Source: an uncultured Gammaproteobacteria bacterium (GTDB lineage: Bacteria > Pseudomonadota > Gammaproteobacteria > GCA-002705445 > GCA-002716945). Taken from it: 64,000 bases of DNA. The stretch is from the NCBI GenBank assembly GCA_902559355.1, contig CACEHM010000001.1, positions 145,829-209,828 on the forward strand, written 5' to 3'. Shown piece by piece: positions 47,762 through 58,518 of this stretch. Both the position numbers and the translations under genes were made by a program. Under the pieces are notes generated by a model. It did not search any database. It was not told the DNA's origin and saw only the letters and a program-made list of their open reading frames with translations. The first letter of the stretch is position 1; every line of letters starts with the position of its first letter.

Positions 47762-49414
47762 ATGAGCAATAATTGGGACAACGAATATCCAAAAGGCTTA
47801 AGTGAAAACCTAGGCTGTATAGATAACGATACTATAATTGATCTACTTGAATCATCAGCCAGAAAATATGAATCCAAAATTGCATATTACAGTCTAAATA
47901 GTTCATTAAATTACAAAATGACCAGCCTATTAGCTAAGAGGCTCGCAGCTTATTTACAGTATCTTGGTGTTAGAAAAAAAACAAAAATAGCAATAATGCT
48001 TCCAAACCTGCTTACATATCCAATATCACTATTTGGTTCATACTACTGCGGAGCTACTGTAATAAATGTAAATCCTATGTATAAATCTAGAGAGATACAA
48101 CATCTCTTAGAGGATTCAGAGGCAGAATATATATTTGTATTAGATAAATTTTATAATGAGCTCCAACCATGTATTAAAACCTCTAAGCTTAAAAAAATCA
48201 TTATTTGTAAGATAAATGATTTATTGAATCCATTAATGAAGTTTTTTGTTCCTATGGTAATGTTTTATAAAAAGCAAACAATTAATATTGAGAAAAATAA
48301 TAAGAATATTTATTTTAAAGATATAATATCTAATAATTTTGGGTTTGAAGATGTTCATGTAGAACAAGATGATACAGCCCTTCTTCAATATACAGGTGGA
48401 ACCACAGGTAAATCTAAAGCAGCTGTACTTACACATAAAAATCTTTTATCTAATGTTCAACAGGTATCAAATTGGATAGAACCACATATAAAATCTGGCA
48501 AAGAAATAATAATCACAGCCTTACCTCTTTTTCATATATTTTCTTTCACTGTAAATTGCCTAACCTTTTTAAAAATTGGTGCTGAGAATGTTTTAATAGC
48601 TAACCCAAGAGATCTAAAATCATTCCTTAAGGTTCTTGAAAAGAAAAAATTTACAGTCATGACTGCTGTAAATACATTATTCAATCTTCTCTTAACAAGT
48701 AAAAAATTTAAAGAGTTAGACTTCTCAGGATTTAAATTTTCTGTAGGTGGAGGTATGGCTGTTATGAGTGAGACTGCAAAAAATTGGAAAAAAGTTACCG
48801 GGACTAATATTACTCAAGGGTATGGATTAACAGAAACATCACCTGTTGTTTCTATCAATAAAATTGATAACCCTTTTAATGGAAGCATAGGACTCCCTGT
48901 GCAGTCAACGAACATAAAAATTATTGATGAAAGTGGAAAGAATGTAGATGGTGAGCAACCTGGCGAATTATGCGTCAAGGGACCTCAGGTTATGTCAGGT
49001 TATTGGAAGTATAAAGAAGATCAAGAGAACCCATTTACAGATGATGGTTTTTTTAAAACAGGAGATATTGCAACAATTAGCAAAGATGGATACCTTACTA
49101 TCGTTGATAGAAAAAAGGATATGATAATTTCATCAGGATATAATGTTTTTCCAAATGAGTTAGAGGATTTCTTATCAACTCACCCTGATATTCTTGAAGC
49201 TGGCGTTATTGGTGTGCCTGATAAAAATAGAGGGGAACATATCAAAGCATTTATTGTTAAAAAAAATAAAAATCTTTCAGAAACTGATGTGATTATGTTT
49301 TGTAAAGAAGGCTTAACTGAATATAAAGTCCCCAAAAAAATTATTTTCATAGATGACCTTCCTAAAACCAATGTTGGTAAGATATTAAGAAGGGAACTAA
49401 GAAATCTTGGTTAA
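47762..49414 (+). CDS. fadD: long-chain fatty acid-CoA ligase
   Basis: LQYTGGTTGKSK, GYGLTETSP, FKTGD, DRKKDMI, PKTNVGKILRR. Confidence 0.92.
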   Translation: MSNNWDNEYPKGLSENLGCIDNDTIIDLLESSARKYESKIAYYSLNSSLNYKMTSLLAKRLAAYLQYLGVRKKTKIAIMLPNLLTYPISLFGSYYCGATVINVNPMYKSREIQHLLEDSEAEYIFVLDKFYNELQPCIKTSKLKKIIICKINDLLNPLMKFFVPMVMFYKKQTINIEKNNKNIYFKDIISNNFGFEDVHVEQDDTALLQYTGGTTGKSKAAVLTHKNLLSNVQQVSNWIEPHIKSGKEIIITALPLFHIFSFTVNCLTFLKIGAENVLIANPRDLKSFLKVLEKKKFTVMTAVNTLFNLLLTSKKFKELDFSGFKFSVGGGMAVMSETAKNWKKVTGTNITQGYGLTETSPVVSINKIDNPFNGSIGLPVQSTNIKIIDESGKNVDGEQPGELCVKGPQVMSGYWKYKEDQENPFTDDGFFKTGDIATISKDGYLTIVDRKKDMIISSGYNVFPNELEDFLSTHPDILEAGVIGVPDKNRGEHIKAFIVKKNKNLSETDVIMFCKEGLTEYKVPKKIIFIDDLPKTNVGKILRRELRNLG

Positions 49415-50454
49415 TTATCGAAAAAAATAAGATGATCCAGGTCGAGTGTTATACCAATTACTTCATTGATCTCATGATTATGATGACTAGGAGCATAACA
49501 AAATATTTTTTGTTTATCCTTAAGCTCTAATTCATAAAGGAAATCTGCTCCTCGAAATATTTTTTCTATGACCTTCGCAGAAAAGAGTGAATCATCATCA
49601 TGAATAATATCATCTGGTCTAATAAGTAAATCTACTTCAGCACCAACTTTATTTTGGCCTATGTTGCTTACAAATTTACCCAATTTACACTCAACATGAC
49701 TAGAATCCACAATCTTCGCTTTTATATATGATGATAATCCAAAGAAATTTGCAATTTCTCTCGATGATGGTCTGTGGTAAATATCATATGGATCTGAATA
49801 CTGAGTAATAGTACTGTCGCTTATAAACGCTATTTTATCTGACATTTTAAAAGCCTCTTCTGCATTATGAGTAATTAGTATTGCTGTTATATTCTCTGAT
49901 TTTATAAGTTTTTTAATATCACTCATGAGGTTATCTTTAAGTTCATAGTCAAGAGCGCTGAAAGGTTCATCAAGTAATAGCAAGTTAGGCTTTGGTGCAA
50001 TTGCTCTGGCAATAGCAACTCTTTGCTGTTGTCCTCCAGAAATTTGATTAGGGTATTTATTAACAATATTTTCGATACTCAAAAGATTCTCTAGTTTCTC
50101 TGCTCTTTTTCGTTTTTGAACATTATCTAGAGCATTTAATCCAAAATATATATTTTCTCTGACAGTGAGATGGGGAAATAATGCTAGGTCCTGGAAGATC
50201 ACACCAACATTTCTCTTTGCCACATCTATATATTTATTAGAATCATCAATAACCTGATTATCTATTTTAATAACACCCGATGTAATATTATGAAACCCAG
50301 CTATAGAGCGGATAAGGGATGTTTTTCCTGAAGCGCTGGAGCCCATCAGTGAAACTATCTCACCTGTATCTATTTTTAAATTCACGTTATCTAGAACTAC
50401 TTTAGAGTCGAGTATAATTTTTACAGATTCAAGATTTAATTTAGTGTTTGACAT
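49411..50454 (-). CDS. fbpC: Fe3+ ABC transporter ATP-binding protein
   Basis: GSSASGKT, ISGGQQQR, LLLDEP, ITH; in an operon with fbpAB. Confidence 0.88.
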   Translation of the reverse strand: MSNTKLNLESVKIILDSKVVLDNVNLKIDTGEIVSLMGSSASGKTSLIRSIAGFHNITSGVIKIDNQVIDDSNKYIDVAKRNVGVIFQDLALFPHLTVRENIYFGLNALDNVQKRKRAEKLENLLSIENIVNKYPNQISGGQQQRVAIARAIAPKPNLLLLDEPFSALDYELKDNLMSDIKKLIKSENITAILITHNAEEAFKMSDKIAFISDSTITQYSDPYDIYHRPSSREIANFFGLSSYIKAKIVDSSHVECKLGKFVSNIGQNKVGAEVDLLIRPDDIIHDDDSLFSAKVIEKIFRGADFLYELELKDKQKIFCYAPSHHNHEINEVIGITLDLDHLIFFDN

Positions 50455-52057
50455 TATTCATAATACCTTTTGAAAGTATTATAACTGGTATTAGACAAAT
50501 TATTATTAAAATAAGTCCTGGTAAACCTATTGAAGATAAATTCTCTGCTTCTGCCAACTCATAAAGATAAACGGGAAGAGTAGTGAAGTTAAAAGGCCTT
50601 AATATTAACGTCATTGGAAGTTCTTTTACAATATCAACAAATAACAATATCAAAGCAGAGTAAACGGTGGGCAGTAGAATTGGCGCATGTACTTTTAAGA
50701 GTGTTTGAATCTTTGAATAACCTAAACTTTCAGATACTAAGTCATAGTTTCTTGAGATTTTATTGAAACCAGAATCAATAGTTTTAATAGAAATAGTTGA
50801 GAAACGAACAAGATAGGCGGTAATAAGTAATATGAAAGTACCCGTCAGAATAGCCTCGGGTGGATAATCAAACAATTTGGCAAATGATTTTTCCATGTAT
50901 GTTATCGGCGCAATTACACCTACCGCTAATACAACACCAGGGATAGCATAACCAAGTGAAAATATTTTTATGGATATTTTTGTAAATATATTCTTTGTTA
51001 TACGCGATATAAAACTAATGTTGAGGGTAAATATAATAATTGTTATAGCGCTCAATAATGCAATACCTGTACTAGATGCTATAAGTTCAGCTAGAAAGAT
51101 AATATTAATTTCTTCAAAAGAATAGGATATCCAATAAAAGATTTGTATCAAAGGTAAGATAAAACCAAAAAAAAGCACTAGAGAACATAAAAAGGTTGGT
51201 AAAGCTTTATTATCTGGAATTTCTTTTTTTCTTTTATACACCTTGTTTGTTGGATTATCAAAGTTTCTTTTCCCACGAGAAATCTCTTCAAAATATATTA
51301 AGAAAAAAACTAATGTTAGTAAAATAGATGATAAACGAAGAGAGCTAACATCATCACCTAAAACAAACCATGCTCTAAATATACCTGTTGCAAAAGTAGG
51401 GACTCCAAAATATTCCATAGTCGCATATTCTGCCAGCGTCTCCATAATAACAAAACTTACTCCTGCTATTACTGCAGGCCTTACAATGGGAATACCTATT
51501 TTAGTCATTCTTTGATATTGATTTAATCCTAAAGACTTACCTACTTCAAAAACACTATAGGAGTGATTTGCAAACGCAGGAAGACACAATAAGTATACAT
51601 ATGGATAGAGACTAATCGACATTACAAAAATAACGCCATATATATTTTGAATATTATACAAGTTGTAAATAAATGGCCCTAACCCAAAATAGTACTCAAA
51701 AAAATTGAAAAATATTCCCGATATTTCATTAAGGCCCGAATAAATAAAGGCATTTATGTATGTTGGGATTGCCATTGGTATAATAAGTAACCATTTGAAT
51801 AAGTTAACACCCGGGAAGTCGTACATACTCACAAGCCATGCTAATGAAGTGCCAATAAGTATTGTAAAAAAAGCCACAAAGAAGACAATAATTAATGAAT
51901 TGATTACATATTCTTCTAAAAGATATTTTTTGATATGTATCCAAACATCAGTGGTTGCAGTAAATAAATTTAAAAATATAAACAATATAGGTAATAGAAA
52001 TATAAGGACAAATATGAATGCCAAAGTGTTATTAAATGAATCGATTTTATTAGACAA
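50441..52057 (-). CDS. fbpB: Fe3+ ABC transporter permease
   Basis: Duplicated permease domain; YPYVY, METLAEY, GYAIPG, KELPMTLILRPFNF. Confidence 0.9.
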   Translation of the reverse strand: MSNKIDSFNNTLAFIFVLIFLLPILFIFLNLFTATTDVWIHIKKYLLEEYVINSLIIVFFVAFFTILIGTSLAWLVSMYDFPGVNLFKWLLIIPMAIPTYINAFIYSGLNEISGIFFNFFEYYFGLGPFIYNLYNIQNIYGVIFVMSISLYPYVYLLCLPAFANHSYSVFEVGKSLGLNQYQRMTKIGIPIVRPAVIAGVSFVIMETLAEYATMEYFGVPTFATGIFRAWFVLGDDVSSLRLSSILLTLVFFLIYFEEISRGKRNFDNPTNKVYKRKKEIPDNKALPTFLCSLVLFFGFILPLIQIFYWISYSFEEINIIFLAELIASSTGIALLSAITIIIFTLNISFISRITKNIFTKISIKIFSLGYAIPGVVLAVGVIAPITYMEKSFAKLFDYPPEAILTGTFILLITAYLVRFSTISIKTIDSGFNKISRNYDLVSESLGYSKIQTLLKVHAPILLPTVYSALILLFVDIVKELPMTLILRPFNFTTLPVYLYELAEAENLSSIGLPGLILIIICLIPVIILSKGIMNNVKH

Positions 52058-52063
52058 AGATTC

Positions 52064-53095
52064 TTATTTCCATTTAGCTATATCAAATACCTTTCCAGCA
52101 TTATCGTTTAGCTCACCAAGGTTAGTAAGATTCATCGAGTCCATTTTAAATGGATATCCCCATGACTTTACAGTGTCTGATATATTGATATTTTGTCTAA
52201 TAGGATATTCATGATTCTGTTTCGCATAAACTTCTTGAGCCTCATCACCCGCTAAAAACTCAATTAGTTTAATAGCATTATCTTTATTTTTAGCATTTTT
52301 AGTAACAAACCCACCGCTGATGTTTATATGCGCTCCTCTATTATCTTGATTAGGAAATAAAACTTTTATTTTCTTAGCATAATCCCTTTCAGTATCTTTT
52401 TTCGATGAAATCCATTTTCCTAAATAATAAGTATTAGCCAAAGTAACGTCACATTTACCAAGAACAACAGCAGTCATTTGTCCTCTATCATTTCCTTTAG
52501 GCGGTCTTGAGAAATTATCAACAACACCTTTTGCCCATTCTAATGCTGCTTTCTGACCATTATGATGAATAAGTGATGCAAGCAAAGACTGATTATAGAT
52601 ATTGCTGGATGATCTAATGCAAACGCGACCTTTGAGAGCAGGGTTCATTAAATTTTCGTAATCCATTATATCTTTAGGACTTATCTTTTCAGGATTATAC
52701 ATTATCACTCTTGATCGAATAGAAAGTCCATACCAATGCCCTTCATTATCTCTTAAATAATTTGGAACAAGACTATTAAGTTTTTCTGATTCAATTTTCT
52801 GGGAAATATTTTTCAATTTCGCTTTATGTAAATTACCAGCATCAACTGTAATCAATAAATCTGCTGGGCTTGTCTCTCCTTCATCAATAATTTTTTTAAT
52901 TAAAACTTTTGTTTTAGCTGAGACAATATTTACTTTGATACCTGTATCTTTTTCAAAAATATCAACCAAAGGTCTTATTAAATGCTCTTTTCGCGCGGTA
53001 TATAGATTTACTTCTTCATCTATTGGAGCGCTTGAACATCCTGTAATTATGATTGAAGGTATTATCGCTAATATGTATATAATTTGTCTATGCAT
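52064..53095 (-). CDS. fbpA: Fe3+ ABC transporter substrate-binding lipoprotein (FutA/FbpA-like)
   Basis: Lipobox ITGC, SPADLLITVD, YNQSL, ANTYYL; Fur box upstream. Confidence 0.92.
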   Translation of the reverse strand: MHRQIIYILAIIPSIIITGCSSAPIDEEVNLYTARKEHLIRPLVDIFEKDTGIKVNIVSAKTKVLIKKIIDEGETSPADLLITVDAGNLHKAKLKNISQKIESEKLNSLVPNYLRDNEGHWYGLSIRSRVIMYNPEKISPKDIMDYENLMNPALKGRVCIRSSSNIYNQSLLASLIHHNGQKAALEWAKGVVDNFSRPPKGNDRGQMTAVVLGKCDVTLANTYYLGKWISSKKDTERDYAKKIKVLFPNQDNRGAHINISGGFVTKNAKNKDNAIKLIEFLAGDEAQEVYAKQNHEYPIRQNINISDTVKSWGYPFKMDSMNLTNLGELNDNAGKVFDIAKWK

Positions 53096-53102
53096 TGTAA
53101 AT

Positions 53103-53121
53103 AAGAATGATTATCATTATT
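53103..53121. promoter_or_regulatory. Fur box
   Basis: AAGAATGATTATCATTATT matches GATAATGATWATCATTATC at 16/19. Confidence 0.88.
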
Positions 53122-53243
53122 GTCTAGTATATATTGAATTTCAAGGAAATTTGACCTATTAACATAAAATTAACATTAGTCATCAATTTCCCAACAGTTT
53201 AATACATGTTATAGTTTTCTTTGAATTCTAAAAGGTATAAAAA

Positions 53244-54164
53244 ATGATAATGTCTGACCTGAAAGGGAAAATATGGATGGATGGCAAGCTCGTTGAATGG
53301 TCAGATGCAAAGATTCATGTACTTACGCATACGCTTCATTATGGAACGGGTGTCTTTGAAGGTGTCAGAGCATATGAGACATCAGATGGCCCAGCAATTT
53401 TTAGATTAGAAGACCATACAAATAGATTATTTGAATCAGCCAAGCTTATAGGTATGCAAATCCCGTATGATGCAAAAGAATTAAATGATGCTCAGTCTCA
53501 AGTCGTAAAAATTAATAATTTAAAAAATGCATATATAAGGCCAATGTGTTTCTATGGATCAGAGGGAATGGGTTTACGTGCCGATAATTTAAAAGTACAT
53601 ACAATCATTGCAGCTTGGGATTGGGGCTCATATCTGGGCGATGATAAAATATTAAATGGCATTAAAGTTAAAGTAACTGATTTTCCAAAGCGATCTGAAA
53701 AGAGTATGTTACATAAAGCAAAAGCTTCTGGTAATTACTTATATTCAATGTTGGCACTTAAAGATGCTCTTAACTCAGGTTATGATGAAGCTTTAATTCT
53801 TGATATAGATGATAATGTAAATGAGGGATCAGGAGAAAATTTCTTTACGATTATAAATAATACTATTCATACTCCTAAGGATGCTACAGTATTAAATGGT
53901 ATAACAAGACAAACTGTTATGAAGATAGCCAGAGACTTAAACTATAGGGTAGAAGAAACAAATATCTCAGTCGATGATGTGAAGTCATCTGACGAAGCAT
54001 TTTTTACTGGCACTGCTGCTGAAGTAACTCCAATTATTCAAGTTGATAATGTCAAAATAAATGATGGCAAGCCAGGAGAAATTACAAAAAAAATTCAAAA
54101 GATATATTTTGATCTTATAAGAGGCAAGGTAGATGAATATAGTAGTTGGTTGACTCAAGTCTAA
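53244..54164 (+). CDS. ilvE: branched-chain amino acid aminotransferase
   Basis: THTLHYGTGVFEG, AYIRP, KASGNY, EGSGENFF, FFTGTAAE. Confidence 0.96.
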   Translation: MIMSDLKGKIWMDGKLVEWSDAKIHVLTHTLHYGTGVFEGVRAYETSDGPAIFRLEDHTNRLFESAKLIGMQIPYDAKELNDAQSQVVKINNLKNAYIRPMCFYGSEGMGLRADNLKVHTIIAAWDWGSYLGDDKILNGIKVKVTDFPKRSEKSMLHKAKASGNYLYSMLALKDALNSGYDEALILDIDDNVNEGSGENFFTIINNTIHTPKDATVLNGITRQTVMKIARDLNYRVEETNISVDDVKSSDEAFFTGTAAEVTPIIQVDNVKINDGKPGEITKKIQKIYFDLIRGKVDEYSSWLTQV

Positions 54165-55094
54165 ATGTTTAAGAAAAAGAACATATTAGTTGTAGGTGAT
54201 ATTATGCTTGATAAGTATAGTCATGGTACTGTAAGCAGAGTGTCTCCGGAAGCCCCTGTTCCTATCGTTGATATTAAAAAAATAATTTTTAAACCTGGAG
54301 GAGCATCTAATGTAGCACAAAATTTATCAGCATTAGGGATGAATGTGACGTTATTGGGCATAACAGGGGATGATTATGAGCTAAAAGAATTGATAAAGGT
54401 CTTAAGGCTTACTGACATTAAGTTTGATCCTGTAAAAGATTTATCCATAAGAACAACATTAAAATCTAGAATTATAGGGAATGATCAACAATTAATGCGA
54501 CTAGATCATGAAGATAGAGACAAATCTAATATGCACGGGGAACTTCTCAAAAGAGCAATCAAGTATGCTAAAAATTCTGATTTAATAGTTTTATCGGATT
54601 ACGATAAAGGATCAGTAAAATCTGTTGCAGCTGACATTATCAACTTTGCGAACAAAAACAACATCAAGGTAATTATTGATCCTAAAGGTACAGACTACTC
54701 AATGTATAAAAATGCTTACATGGTAAAACCTAATGAATTAGAATTTTCTATGATCATGGGTAAAATTAAAAACAAAAAAGACATGATTGCAAAAGGTAAA
54801 AAACTAAAAAAAGATCTACAATTAGATACATTGCTCTTAACTCTAGGTAAGAACGGAATGGCGTTGTTTTCCAAAGATTCTCTTTTAACTTTTGCTACAT
54901 CACGAAAAGATGTCTACGATGTAACAGGAGCTGGCGATACAGTAATATCAGTTCTTGCCGCTTCTTTAGCTTCAAATAAAACATTAAAAAAATCTTGTGA
55001 ACTCGCAAATATAGCAGCTGGATTATCTATACAACAACTTGGAACTGTAAGTATAAGTAAAAGCGATATTAATAATGCTATTAGAAAATCCTAA
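54165..55094 (+). CDS. rfaE1: D-glycero-D-manno-heptose-7-phosphate kinase (HldE N-terminal domain)
   Basis: VGDIMLD, RVSPEAPVP, SDYDKG, IDPKG, DVTGAGDT. Confidence 0.93.
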   Translation: MFKKKNILVVGDIMLDKYSHGTVSRVSPEAPVPIVDIKKIIFKPGGASNVAQNLSALGMNVTLLGITGDDYELKELIKVLRLTDIKFDPVKDLSIRTTLKSRIIGNDQQLMRLDHEDRDKSNMHGELLKRAIKYAKNSDLIVLSDYDKGSVKSVAADIINFANKNNIKVIIDPKGTDYSMYKNAYMVKPNELEFSMIMGKIKNKKDMIAKGKKLKKDLQLDTLLLTLGKNGMALFSKDSLLTFATSRKDVYDVTGAGDTVISVLAASLASNKTLKKSCELANIAAGLSIQQLGTVSISKSDINNAIRKS

Positions 55095-55563
55095 AATTAT
55101 AACTGATAAAGTCGTATTAAACTCCATAGTTACGAGTGCTCGTGATAGAAAAGAAACTATTGTCTTTACGAATGGCTGTTTTGACATTATTCATCCGGGT
55201 CATGTATTTATTCTTGAGCAAGCAAAAGCTAAAGGAGATATATTAATCGTAGGCCTTAATTCAGATTCCTCGATTAAAAATTTTAAGTCATCTGATAGAC
55301 CAATATGTAATCAAGATGATCGAGCGTATATTCTCGCTGCATTTTCATGTGTAGACTACATAATTATATTTGATGAAGATACTCCTAAAAAACTAATTAT
55401 TGATATTACTCCAGATATACTCGTTAAGGGCAAAGATTATGAAGGTAAAGAGATAGCTGGCTCAAAATATATGTTAGATAATAATAAAAAAATAGAACTG
55501 GTCGAAATTATTGATGGCAAATCAACTTCAAATATTATAGACAATATACAAAAGGTTAAGTAA
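55075..55563 (+). CDS. rfaE2: heptose-1-phosphate adenylyltransferase (HldE C-terminal domain)
   Basis: FTNGCFDIIHPGH, VGLNSD, PDILVKGKDY, STSNII. Confidence 0.93.
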   Translation: MLLENPKIITDKVVLNSIVTSARDRKETIVFTNGCFDIIHPGHVFILEQAKAKGDILIVGLNSDSSIKNFKSSDRPICNQDDRAYILAAFSCVDYIIIFDEDTPKKLIIDITPDILVKGKDYEGKEIAGSKYMLDNNKKIELVEIIDGKSTSNIIDNIQKVK

Positions 55564-56569
55564 TTAGTATTTTTTTAATCATAAGTTTTACATCATCTAA
55601 TAATATCAATTTCATTGCCCCTTTATCCCTTACTCGCTCTCCCCATTTCGTGTTTTCTATCGATTTTTTAGAAAACTTAAGAATGGCTTTTTCATACTTG
55701 TCAACCGTGTATTCTAGATTTGAGTAAGGACCTGTTCTTTTAGGATTCGATGTAGCATACAAACCAATGATAGGTAGGGCTAGCATATTTGCCATATGTA
55801 ATGTCCCTGAATCTGGCCCTATATAAAATTTTGACATCTTTAGAACATTGAGCATTTCACCTAAAGATGTTCTATTAATTAGATTCAATGTTTTTGAACT
55901 AACTTTTATATATTTTTTGAAACTATTCTTTCTCTCTTCAGATGTCTTGCCTATAAAGACAGTTTTTATAGAATATTCGTTAAATAAGTACTCTGCAATT
56001 GTACCATAGTTATCATAATCCCATTCTCGATAATTATTTATACGCTCACTGGTAAAAGGATTTATTGTTACAAAAGGACTTAAGTCATTCAGATTATTTT
56101 TATTAATAAAATCGTTATCATTTGTTAGGATTTTATTTGTTTGCCAGTTTAATTCCTTTTTTTGAATATTAATCTTCTCTAAGAATGCGAAAAAATTGTC
56201 CAAGACATGATTATTATTCGTATTGATATCATTGAAAGTGACGTTTATTTTGCCATCAATTATCCTTCCTAGGATTTTAGATCTTAATGATTTTTGCATA
56301 TGAAAAACAACATCAAATTTTTGTTCTTTCAAGTATTTATGCATACCTATAATTGAATCTAGGGTTTTATTTTTATCAATCACTATATAATTAATATTGT
56401 CTAATGTTTTTACCAATTGATATTCTGTCTTACCTATAATCCATGTGATATCACATTTTTTATAGTATTTTTGTAAAGTTGAAACTATAGGAATTATGTG
56501 AGTTATGTCACCTATTGCAGATAATCTTAGAATACAGATAGATATTGATGTATTATTTTCTTTGTTCAT
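55556..56569 (-). CDS. glycosyltransferase family 9 (LPS heptosyltransferase-like)
   Basis: ICILRLSAIGD, GPDSGTLHMA, GLYATSNPKRTGPY. Confidence 0.9.
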   Translation of the reverse strand: MNKENNTSISICILRLSAIGDITHIIPIVSTLQKYYKKCDITWIIGKTEYQLVKTLDNINYIVIDKNKTLDSIIGMHKYLKEQKFDVVFHMQKSLRSKILGRIIDGKINVTFNDINTNNNHVLDNFFAFLEKINIQKKELNWQTNKILTNDNDFINKNNLNDLSPFVTINPFTSERINNYREWDYDNYGTIAEYLFNEYSIKTVFIGKTSEERKNSFKKYIKVSSKTLNLINRTSLGEMLNVLKMSKFYIGPDSGTLHMANMLALPIIGLYATSNPKRTGPYSNLEYTVDKYEKAILKFSKKSIENTKWGERVRDKGAMKLILLDDVKLMIKKILIT

Positions 56570-57286
56570 ATGATAAAGACAAAATATAGTTCAATAGTAT
56601 CTCACAAATATAATAATCAGTATATCTGTTACGATTCATCTATCCAACCTATACTTCAAGATCGCATACTATCCTGTTTTACGACTGATGAATTTAGATT
56701 AAATAACACAAGTAATTTTCTTGATTTAAATAATGGACTTATAAAAAAACATTTTTTGAGAAAAGGCGCCATGTCTATATTTGATGACTCTTATTTATAT
56801 TTAGGATTAAATATATCAAGACCTATACGAGAGCTAAAAAATTATATTGATTTCAATCATATATTGAATAATTTAAACAATGAGAGAATTACGGAGACTT
56901 TTGAGTTTTGCTCACCAGTTTTTTCATACGTGCAAAGAAGAGGAATATTTTATACCGGAGATATCATTCTGAGCAAAATTGAAGGAATAACATTAGATAA
57001 ATATATATCAACAAATAATATTAAATCTGAGTTTTATAATGATTTAGCTTTCTGCTTTAAAACACTATTTGATAATGGGATATTTAATATAGACATGAAT
57101 TTAAGGAATATCATTTTTAATATGGAAACACAAAAGATAGCATTTATTGACTTTGATAAACTTATTATTAATCCATCTAAAAAAGGAGATAAAAAAAGTA
57201 CATTAGAAGTTCTATCTAAGTTTAAAAAATCTTTAAATAAATTCAATTTAGATGATAAGTTTGATTGGGATGAGTTTACTAGTTAA
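56570..57286 (+). CDS. kdkA: Kdo kinase-like protein (divergent)
   Basis: KHFLRKG, DMNLRNII, FIDFDK; located between GT9 and waaA as in other Gammaproteobacteria. Confidence 0.7.
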   Translation: MIKTKYSSIVSHKYNNQYICYDSSIQPILQDRILSCFTTDEFRLNNTSNFLDLNNGLIKKHFLRKGAMSIFDDSYLYLGLNISRPIRELKNYIDFNHILNNLNNERITETFEFCSPVFSYVQRRGIFYTGDIILSKIEGITLDKYISTNNIKSEFYNDLAFCFKTLFDNGIFNIDMNLRNIIFNMETQKIAFIDFDKLIINPSKKGDKKSTLEVLSKFKKSLNKFNLDDKFDWDEFTS

Positions 57287-57288
57287 GT

Positions 57289-58518
57289 TTAACCGTTTAT
57301 ATGTTTTTTAATATATTTAACATAGCTATCCATAATAGACTTCTTAGCTATAACAAGGTTTTTTGCATTCTTTTCAAATATTTCCCTTTTAGATTTTGAC
57401 CTCAATAATTTTTCAAATATATTTTTTAACATTTCTGGTTTTTGGCACATAATTAAGGCATTATTTTTTAAAAATTCCTCTGTCTCTTCTACAAAATTAT
57501 ACATATAGGGGCCTACGATAATTGCTTTTGAGTGAATAGCTGCTTCCATAAATGAATGCCCACCTTGATCTACAAAAGATCCGCCAAAGATTGTGAATTC
57601 TGAGAATTTAATTAAAGAGTCCAACTCACCGATGGTATCAGCAATATATATCTGAGATGAATTTCGTATTTTTTCCTTTTTACTTCTAATGGAGATATTA
57701 ATGCCTGATAAAGGAATATCTGAAAGAATATCTCCGAGCCTTTCAGGATGTCTAGGGGCTATTACCAATAGAAATTTATTTGACTTAAGCTTAAGCCATT
57801 CTTTAATAATGATAATTTCTTCCCTATGATGAGAGGAGGCAAGTAAGATATATTTTTTCTCTACTATTCTTTCGATATCATCATTTTCTTTAATTAATGA
57901 ATATTTAATGTTTCCTAGATTGCTAACTTTATTTGGACTTATATATTTTAAGTATCCGTCTTCATCTTTTTTTGATTTGCAATAAACATGGTCAACTACA
58001 TTTAATGTTTGTTCATATATTTTTTTAGATAGAATACGTAAAATTCCTTTTGGAGCATTAAACCTAGCATTGATAATTAGTATTTTCGTATTATTTTTTT
58101 CACATGAGTTATATAGATTTGGCCAAATCTCGGTTTCAACCACAATGAGTAATCTAGCTGAAATCATTTTTACAAAACTCTTTATTACAAAATAAAAATC
58201 CATAGGTAAGTAGCAATGTGTAATATTCCCTATTTTAGAATCCTCAAAGAGAGTTTTTGATGTGGGAGTATTAGACGTTATTAAAATATCTGTCTGACCA
58301 ATCTTGGTTAGCTCTCTAGATAATTCTATCGCAATTTTCATCTCACCAACAGAAGCTGCATGAATCCATAACTGTTTATGCTTAATACTTTTTGTACCAA
58401 ATAATTTAGTAAATAGATATTCTAAATTTAAAGAATTTCTAAACATATAAATAATTAATCTAATCAGAATAAAAGGGGATAAGAGATATAAAAAAAGATT
58501 ATAAAAAAACATTACCAA
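57289..58518 (-). CDS. waaA: 3-deoxy-D-manno-octulosonic acid transferase
   Basis: WIHAASVGE, ETEIWPN, INAR, APRHPER, DTIGEL. Confidence 0.95.
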   Translation of the reverse strand: MVMFFYNLFLYLLSPFILIRLIIYMFRNSLNLEYLFTKLFGTKSIKHKQLWIHAASVGEMKIAIELSRELTKIGQTDILITSNTPTSKTLFEDSKIGNITHCYLPMDFYFVIKSFVKMISARLLIVVETEIWPNLYNSCEKNNTKILIINARFNAPKGILRILSKKIYEQTLNVVDHVYCKSKKDEDGYLKYISPNKVSNLGNIKYSLIKENDDIERIVEKKYILLASSHHREEIIIIKEWLKLKSNKFLLVIAPRHPERLGDILSDIPLSGINISIRSKKEKIRNSSQIYIADTIGELDSLIKFSEFTIFGGSFVDQGGHSFMEAAIHSKAIIVGPYMYNFVEETEEFLKNNALIMCQKPEMLKNIFEKLLRSKSKREIFEKNAKNLVIAKKSIMDSYVKYIKKHING

